NCBI GenBank assembly: GCA_965178125.1
Contig: OZ237764.1
Coordinates: 806,001 to 860,635, forward strand
DNA: 54,635 nt
Reading direction: 5' to 3'
From: Bilabrum cf. latius
Lineage: Eukaryota
Numbering within the stretch: the stretch's first letter is position 1; each line of letters starts with the position of its first letter. This document shows, piece by piece, positions 47,139 to 54,635 of this stretch. The notes under the pieces were generated by a model. The model was given only the letters and a program-made list of their open reading frames with translations. It was not told where the DNA came from and did no database searches. A program made the position numbers and the translations under genes.

Positions 47139-49579
47139 GGGGAGGTTTCAAAACCTACCCAGGGCGGTTTCAAAACCTACCCAGGGCGGTTTCAAAACCT
47201 ACCCAGGGCGGTTTCAAAACCTACCCAGGGCGGTTTCAAAACCTACCCAGGGCGGTTTCAAAACCTACCCAGGGCGGTTTCAAAACCTACCCAGGGCGGT
47301 TTCAAAACCTACCCAGGGCGGTTTCAAAACCTACCCAGGGCGGTTTCAAAACCTACCCAGGGCGGTTTCAAAACCTACCCAGGGCGGTTTCAAAACCTAC
47401 CCAGGGCGGTTTCAAAACCTACCCAGGGCGGTTTCAAAACCTACCCAGGGCGGTTTCAAAACCTACCCAGGGCGGTTTCAAAACCTACCCAGGGCGGTTT
47501 CAAAACCTACCCAGGGCGGTTTCAAAACCTACCCAGGGCGGTTTCAAAACCTACCCAGGGCGGTTTCAAAACCTACCCAGGGCGGTTTCAAAACCTACCC
47601 AGGGCGGTTTCAAAACCTACCCAGGGCGGTTTCAAAACCTACCCAGGGCGGTTTCAAAACCTACCCAGGGCGGTTTCAAAACCTACCCAGGGCGGTTTCA
47701 AAACCTACCCAGGGCGGTTTCAAAACCTACCCAGGGCGGTTTCAAAACCTACCCAGGGCGGTTTCAAAACCTACCCAGGGCGGTTTCAAAACCTACCCAG
47801 GGCGGTTTCAAAACCTACCCAGGGCGGTTTCAAAACCTACCCAGGGCGGTTTCAAAACCTACCCAGGGCGGTTTCAAAACCTACCCAGGGCGGTTTCAAA
47901 ACCTACCCAGGGCGGTTTCAAAACCTACCCAGGGCGGTTTCAAAACCTACCCAGGGCGGTTTCAAAACCTACCCAGGGCGGTTTCAAAACCTACCCAGGG
48001 AGGTTTCAAAACCTACCCAGGGCGGTTTCAAAACCTACCCAGGGCGGTTTCAAAACCTACCCAGGGCGGTTTCAAAACCTACCCAGGGCGGTTTCAAAAC
48101 CTACCCAGGGCGGTTTCAAAACCTACCCAGGGCGGTTTCAAAACCTACCCAGGGCGGTTTCAAAACCTACCCAGGGCGGTTTCAAAACCTACCCAGGGCG
48201 GTTTCAAAACCTACCCAGGGCGGTTTCAAAACCTACCCAGGGCGGTTTCAAAACCTACCCAGGGCGGTTTCAAAACCTACCCAGGGCGGTTTCAAAACCT
48301 ACCCAGGGCGGTTTCGAAACCTACCCAGGGCGGTTTCAAAACCTACCCAGGGCGGTTTCAAAACCTACCCAGGGCGGTTTCAAAACCTACCCAGGGCGGT
48401 TTCAAAACCTACCCAGGGCGGTTTCAAAACCTACCCAGGGCGGTTTCAAAACCTACCCAGGGCGGTTTCAAAACCTACCCAGGGCGGTTTCAAAACCTAC
48501 CCAGGGCGGTTTCAAAACCTACCCAGGGCGGTTTCAAAACCTACCCAGGGCGGTTTCAAAACCTACCCAGGGCGGTTTCAAAACCTACCCAGGGCGGTTT
48601 CAAAACCTACCCAGGGCGGTTTCAAAACCTACCCAGGGCGGTTTCAAAACCTACCCAGGGCGGTTTCAAAACCTACCCAGGGCGGTTTCAAAACCTACCC
48701 AGGGCGGTTTCAAAACCTACCCAGGGAGGTTTCAAAACCTACCCAGGGAGGTTTCAAAACCTACCCAGGGCGGTTTCAAAACCTACCCAGGGCGGTTTCA
48801 AAACCTACCCAGGGCGGTTTCAAAACCTACCCAGGGCGGTTTCAAAACCTACCCAGGGCGGTTTCAAAACCTACCCAGGGCGGTTTCAAAACCTACCCAG
48901 GGCGGTTTCAAAACCTACCCAGGGCGGTTTCAAAACCTACCCAGGGCGGTTTCAAAACCTACCCAGGGCGGTTTCAAAACCTACCCAGGGCGGTTTCAAA
49001 ACCTACCCAGGGCGGTTTCAAAACCTACCCAGGGCGGTTTCAAAACCTACCCAGGGCGGTTTCAAAACCTACCCAGGGCGGTTTCAAAACCTACCCAGGG
49101 AGGTTTCAAAACCTACCCAGGGAGGTTTCAAAACCTACCCAGGGAGGTTTCAAAACCTACCCAGGGAGGTTTCAAAACCTACCCAGGGAGGTTTCAAAAC
49201 CTACCCAGGGAGGTTTCAAAACCTACCCAGGGCGGTTTCAAAACCTACCCAGGGCGGTTTCAAAACCTACCCAGGGCGGTTTCAAAACCTACCCAGGGCG
49301 GTTTCAAAACCTACCCAGGGCGGTTTCAAAACCTACCCAGGGCGGTTTCAAAACCTACCCAGGGCGGTTTCAAAACCTACCCAGGGAGGTTTCAAAACCT
49401 ACCCAGGGCGGTTTCAAAACCTACCCAGGGAGGTTTCAAAACCTACCCAGGGAGGTTTCAAAACCTACCCAGGGAGGTTTCAAAACCTACCCAGGGAGGT
49501 TTCAAAACCTACCCAGGGAGGTTTCAAAACCTACCCAGGGAGGTTTCAAAACCTACCCAGGGAGGTTTGAAACCTACCC
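47139..49579. repeat. 22-bp minisatellite AGGG(C/A)GGTTTCAAAACCTACCC, ~111 copies
   Basis: Seen directly; the 22-aa periodicity of the spurious ORFs equals 3 x 22 nt. Confidence 0.97.
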
Positions 49580-49845
49580 TAGGTGTGGGTTTGGGAATCC
49601 AGTGGTTATTGACCGATATTCAATGTTGTGGCTCGTTCTACGTAGCCATATGTATGCGTTAACCTCCTTGGTCGATACATCGCTTTGACATCAGGTATTC
49701 GTTGGCTTATAGTCAAGACTAAATAGATTGCGTCCTGGCTCCTACTATCCCGTCCTAACGGGTCACTGGCTGGCACTCTGGCAAGCTCCTCTCACAAGCT
49801 GGCCCAGCTGCCACTGACCTCAATTGGTATCCGCCTGGCTGCTTT

Positions 49846-51381
49846 TCACTCGTTATCGGAGGAGGGTTCCGCATCGACAGCTGCCAGGAGCGCCTCAACA
49901 GCGTCCACGTCTGCTGCATTGAGATCTCCTTCCGCCGTCTTCTCGAGGGCCGTCATCAGGCCTACGAGCGTGCCCAACCCGTCGTCCCTCTCTTGAATTG
50001 TTTCCTGCACGTCCTCGAGCATGTCGTCGAGAGTTCGGCTGACGCCCAGCGCTATGTCATCGCAGGCAGCGAGGATGCGGTCCACCAGGTGCCGCTGCTA
50101 GTCGGTGAAGCCGTTGTCATCCACTCCACCGTCGTTCTCAGAGTCGTCTTGCTGGTTCTGGGCCTCGTTCTCTTCTTCCTCATCCAGCTCGTCCTGATCC
50201 TCCTCGTCCTGCTGCACGAGTTCTATCGGAGCCTCATCCTCGTCCTCTTCATCGGCTGCGTCTGCGTGGTATCGATCACCGATCTCCTCTTCATCCTCCT
50301 CAGAGTCCTGTCGAGGCAGTGATGCTGCTGCTCCACTCCTTGCGCCTCTTGCTCCCCTCTTGTCCTGGCCAACGGCGTGGCGAGCTCCTCCGCCATAGCC
50401 CGGTTGGAGAATGGGCGATCGCTTGTGCTGTATCTTAGCCCGAGGTGCCGCTTCAGTCGCCTTCCTGCGCTCCGGTTCTGCCGGTTGCGCACCTTCATCC
50501 CTCGGCTTTCCCTTTGACTTTCCCTTTGACTTGCCCGCGGCCTTGGTCCTGGCCTTCAATTTGGCCTTTGCCTTTTCCCTGGCCTTGGCCTCCGCTCTCC
50601 GCTTGGGGCCGAGTAGGTCGTTGTTCAGTCGCTCGGTCTATGAGTCGCTGGACTCTGAGCCGTCTGAATCTTGCTCGCCTCGTTTCCTCTGGGCCTTGTA
50701 GGCACTGTGGTCCGCGACACCGTCGTCGGGGTCGTCCTCGTCGTCGTCGACCATGGCACTCCGTTTGTCCTTGCCAGCACGGGGTGCTCCACTCGGCGAA
50801 GCAGCAGCGGCTCCCGCAGAAGCATCTTGGTCCCCTGCGGCTGCCGCGGCAGAGTCCTTGACTGCCATGTCAAACACGTCTTGGAACACAGCCTGCATGC
50901 CTCCACGCGCACGCACAGAGGCTTTCCCAGCTCCGTAGTCGCAGACGAACTTGATCGCGGTCTTGTAGTTCCTCCGCAAGCCATCCATGCCTGCCTTGAA
51001 CCAAGGATTGTGGCTGGTAGAGTAGCCGCTGTCGCGCAGGCCCATGAGCATCTAATTCATCTTGCGGTAGCCTGGCGAGCTGGTGCCGCTAGTTGATGCA
51101 GCCGGATATAGGCGGTGACTCAGCACCTTCAGCATGTCAGGCGGCAGATCGGACTCATTCAGGTCCAGCATGGCATCCACGCAGGCTTTGATGCCCTCTT
51201 TCTTGGTCCCCTAGTAGTGCTCGGTAGACCCGCAGAGTAACCCGCAATCTTGGTGGAGGCCCACGAGGGAGATCAGCAGGACTTGCTTGGCAGCAGACGT
51301 GCTGACGCCTGAAGCCAGGGCAGCCACGACGGGGCGGGAGGCCTTGGTGTGCTTGACGCTGTAGCTCTTTGCGGCGGCCAT
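49846..51381 (-). CDS. Element C ORF-A, copy 3: ~511-aa protein of unknown function
   Basis: Same-frame pieces joined at TAG (51211, 51052, 50638, 50098); stop is TGA. Paralogue of 39419-40951; alternative upstream ATG at 51543. Confidence 0.75.
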
Positions 51382-51608
51382 AGTACTCTGCGGTGCTGGG
51401 GGAACACGGGTAAGGCCACGAACAGGCGCTTGGATGCGGCAGCGAACACGGACATGAGACCCAGGGAGTCTCCAGGGCAAGCTCGAGGGCAAAGAAAAAG
51501 AAGGCCACGACCCCGCGCACTCGGTCTCAGACCCGGGACCCATGATGTTAGGTCGATCCCCCAGTCGTGGGGGGGCGGACCCCAGCCCAGAAAAAAATTA
51601 AAAAAGAT

Positions 51609-51688
51609 CGCCCCAACGGGAATCGAACCTCGGGGGTAGGCCTGGGTGCGATTACCAACCGTACGCAATACCACTACACCACCACAGC
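51609..51688 (-). ncRNA. tRNA-like / Pol III cassette, copy in C3
   Basis: Same A box TGGTGTAGTGG, B box GGTTCGATTCC and downstream T-runs as 41182-41261. Confidence 0.55.
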
Positions 51689-52262
51689 AACCCACGCGAA
51701 ACCGAAAAAAAAATACAGATTCGCATCAAAAGTGCACGCAACTTGCACTTGTCACGCCGAAACCTACCCGTTCACCCAACGAGCAGCGCGAAATCAGAAA
51801 CACTCATATTGCGCTCCTTGTATTCAATTGCAGAGGCGCATACTTGGCATATAGCTACTATAGCATATTGTGCATACAACCCTAAAGCAAACGTGAGTCA
51901 AATCGATGGGGTATGCGTGGGGATTGCCTTGCGCAATGCGCTTGCTGCAACGTGGTTCAGACGTTTGGCTCAATTGCGCGACGGCAAGCACTCGTTGGAA
52001 CTAATCTCGCGCATATTATCAAATAATATAACATACTGCAAACAATTGCGCGGCGATATATAGGCTGCGCGCCCAATGCTCACTTTGCTTGCGGCAGGTG
52101 TGCTGCGACAACATTTGTGGTGGCCCGGATCAGGTTGCGGAACCTGATGCGCGGCACCGCCGTGACGAGTGCGCCACCAGGGAACAACGCATCGTACCAT
52201 CATACTAATCACATCCCAAGTATATTATATATCCTTGTGGCATCTCTGTCCGCAGTCTGGTC

Positions 52263-54635
52263 ATGGCGCAGTCCACGTACGACGCCACCAAGCATGTGAA
52301 GGCTCTCGACTACCTTCGGGCCTTCCTGGACCGCCGCGCGAAGGGCTACGCTCAGAACCCGCATCGCGTGCGCATCGGAGTCCCAGGGCCACTTCAACCA
52401 GGAGGTGCCGCCCTGCCTGGCCCGCCGGCCGGCGAGGCGCAGGCCCAGATCCCGGCCCAGGTGGGGCCAGCGCCAGGCGGCCATGCCGCCGGGGGGGGCG
52501 ATGCGGCAGGCCTGCCGGCCCCCGCCCCAGCCATCGGCGAGCATGCTCCGGAGCCCCAGCACCAGCAGCAAGAGGGCGCCCACCAACCACCACCTGGTGC
52601 AGCTCTTGCTGCTGGCCAGCAGGCGATGGCCGCCGCCCCGCCCCAGCACCCCGCTGGTCCGGGTGCCAACCTGCCGGTCCCAGGAGGCTTGCAGCCCGAG
52701 CCGCCAGCTGGCGATGCCGACGCCTTCCTCCCGATCCCGGAGCCCCAGCAGGAGCCTGCAGGTGGGCCAGCCGGCGTCGGTCCGGCCCCTCCAGCAGCCG
52801 AGCAGCAGCCAGCTGCCCAGGCTGCCCAGCACCAACTCGTCCCTGGGCCCGTGCCTCTCGCCGAGGTGCCCGTCCTGGCCGGGGTCGGCGCAGGGGAGGA
52901 CGCGATGGAGGACGACGAGCCCCCAGAAGCGGTCCAGGCCATCTTCCTCGGGCGCCAAGCCGCCCACGCGGCCACCCAGGCAGCTCGGCAGGCCATGGTC
53001 TGGGATGCTCAGGGCCAGCAGCCGCTCTTCGGGGCAGAGGGAGGAGCGCCCGAGCTGCCCATCCCCGGAGTCGTGTTCGCTGCCGGTGCAGAGGCAGCCG
53101 GCGCCCAAGGCGGTGGCGCAGGCCCAGACGCCGGAGGGGAGGTCGGTGCGCCACCCGTGCAGGCGTGGAACCTGGTCGTCGGCGACCCGGGGGGAGCGCA
53201 GGGAGAGGAGGCCCTGGCCGTCAACCTCCCGCCCGAGTACCGGTTCGGCATGCACGAGGCGACGGACGACCTCGCGCAGCACCCCATGCTGGCCTACCAC
53301 ATATGGGAGGTGGACGACGAGGCGGTGCAGGCCCTGCAGGGCCTGCTGACCTGCGTTGGCAGGCAGGAGCTGCCTCCCGAGGTGTGGAGGGCGCTCGCAC
53401 CTCCAGTGATGGAGACGGTGACCATGCAAGGCATGCGGCGCTGGTGGGCGTACCAGAGGCGCGCCGTTGTCGTCGTGGACAGCCTCCTGCATGCCGAGAC
53501 TGATGCTGCCGGCGTGGAGCAGCGCGCGCAGAGGCGCGGCCGCTTTCTCGTGCAGCTCGTTGGCTGGACTGACATCACCAAGATGCTGGAGAGCGAAGAC
53601 CTGAACGAGGAAGGGGCTGCCTTCATTCGGAGCAAGCTGGCTTCGGTGGCGGTCAGCTTCTGGCCGTCTCCGATGCTGGCGGAGCCCGGGCTGCACAGCC
53701 ACAAGCTCTCTCCGCTCCGCACGGAGTGGGATCACTACATCGAGTACAACCGCGTGGACGAGACGGTCTTTGACGCGGTCGGGCTCTCCGAGCAGCCTCC
53801 AGCGTTCGTGTACGAGGACGAGGACGAGGACGAGATGGAGGAGGGGCCGGCGGCGCAGCCGGCTGGGGCGGAGGAGCATGCAGAGGGCGACGAAGATGCC
53901 GGGTATGAGGCTGGAGAAGGCGAGTGGGGTGGGGAAGGCCAGTGGGACTCGGACGGAGACCAAGGCGGCGACGAGGAAGCGGATGGTGGAGATCCTGCCG
54001 CGGGGGCTTTCGGAGCTGCGGATGCCGAGCTGGAAGGCGAGCCTGAAGAGGAGCAGGAGGCCGCCCCGGATGTGCTGCGGAACCCACCAGACGGCATGGC
54101 GGCCCCCGTGGCGGTCCGCTCTGAGCTCTCCGATGTCGACGCCATGGAGGTGGTCGGGATCCTAGCCGGCGCCGGAGCCTCCCAGGAGGTGCAGACCAGC
54201 CCGTTCATGCTGGTGCTTGGGGGGCCGGTGTCACGGCTCCTGCTGGACGAGCCGCTGGACCAAGCCTACGGCCTCATCGACGTGCTGATTGGAGCCGACT
54301 CGGCGACGCAGGATGGGGTCCTCTGCGGGCGCAGGGGTCTGCAGAGGGACGGGGGGCAGATCAGGGTGCAGTCGGCCACGCAGCAGCACCAGCGCACCGA
54401 GGTGGAGACGAGCGGCTCATCCAGGCCCCGGCTCGGCTACAGCATCGTCTTCAACCGGCACATCCCCACGTAGGAGCGGGACAATCCCGGCACGCCGAGG
54501 ACTCACGGCGCGTACTACTCACCCCGCATCGACGTCGCGTACCTTGGACCGATGGGGATCCAGAACATGGGTGTGGATTCGGAGCCGCTGCGGCTGCACC
54601 GCATCCATCACGCTCTCCCTGCACCAGCAGGGGAC
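52263..54635 (+). CDS. Element C ORF-B: at least 791 aa, Ala/Pro/Gly/Gln-rich then acidic, unknown function, 3' incomplete
   Basis: The 736-aa track ORF ends at TAG 54471-54473, but the frame stays open to the window end. I recognise no RT, endonuclease or recombinase motif. Confidence 0.72.

Larger units (their letters stand above)
45377..54635. mobile_element. Element family C, copy 3 (at least 9.2 kb, runs off the window)
   Basis: TATCTATTATAAAGTCAGGG terminus, then 155-bp array, 22-bp array, ORF-A, tRNA-like cassette and ORF-B. Confidence 0.72.

Noticed and set aside
45438-49579. CRISPR array
   Set aside because: Repeats are head-to-tail with no unique spacers, there are no cas genes, and the context is eukaryotic.
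46963-49688. 899-aa and 869-aa repetitive ORFs
   Set aside because: By-products of a stop-free 22-bp minisatellite; the paralogous element copy lacks the array.

Overview
Gene-dense end of a eukaryotic (protist) chromosome. Positions 1-33.9 kb hold 11 tightly packed protein-coding genes with few, mostly short GT-AG introns: CSN7, a ~2400-aa double glycosyltransferase, NOC2, a TH1/PH-9xLIM-WW protein, PP2C, MORN1, a cyclophilin, FHA-WDR70, CobW/ZNG1, AFG3 and a bacterial-type isocitrate dehydrogenase. The supplied ORF track fragments most of them because this genome appears to read UAG as glutamine while UAA and UGA remain stops. I counted about 50 in-frame TAGs by hand, several at positions where the family has a conserved Gln, and one TAG that aligns with CAG in a paralogous copy. 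From ~34.2 kb to the end is a telomeric array: five internal (TTAGGG)n tracts alternate with repeat-bearing elements. Each element starts precisely with TTAGGG|TATC; the four whose distal end is in the window are truncated there and capped by telomere repeats with irregular first units. The longest family carries 155-bp and 22-bp tandem arrays, two divergent orphan ORFs that use the host code, and a tRNA-like Pol III cassette. This looks like a telomere-targeting retroelement system, but no reverse transcriptase is visible inside the window. All family assignments are from remembered motifs; no searches were run.
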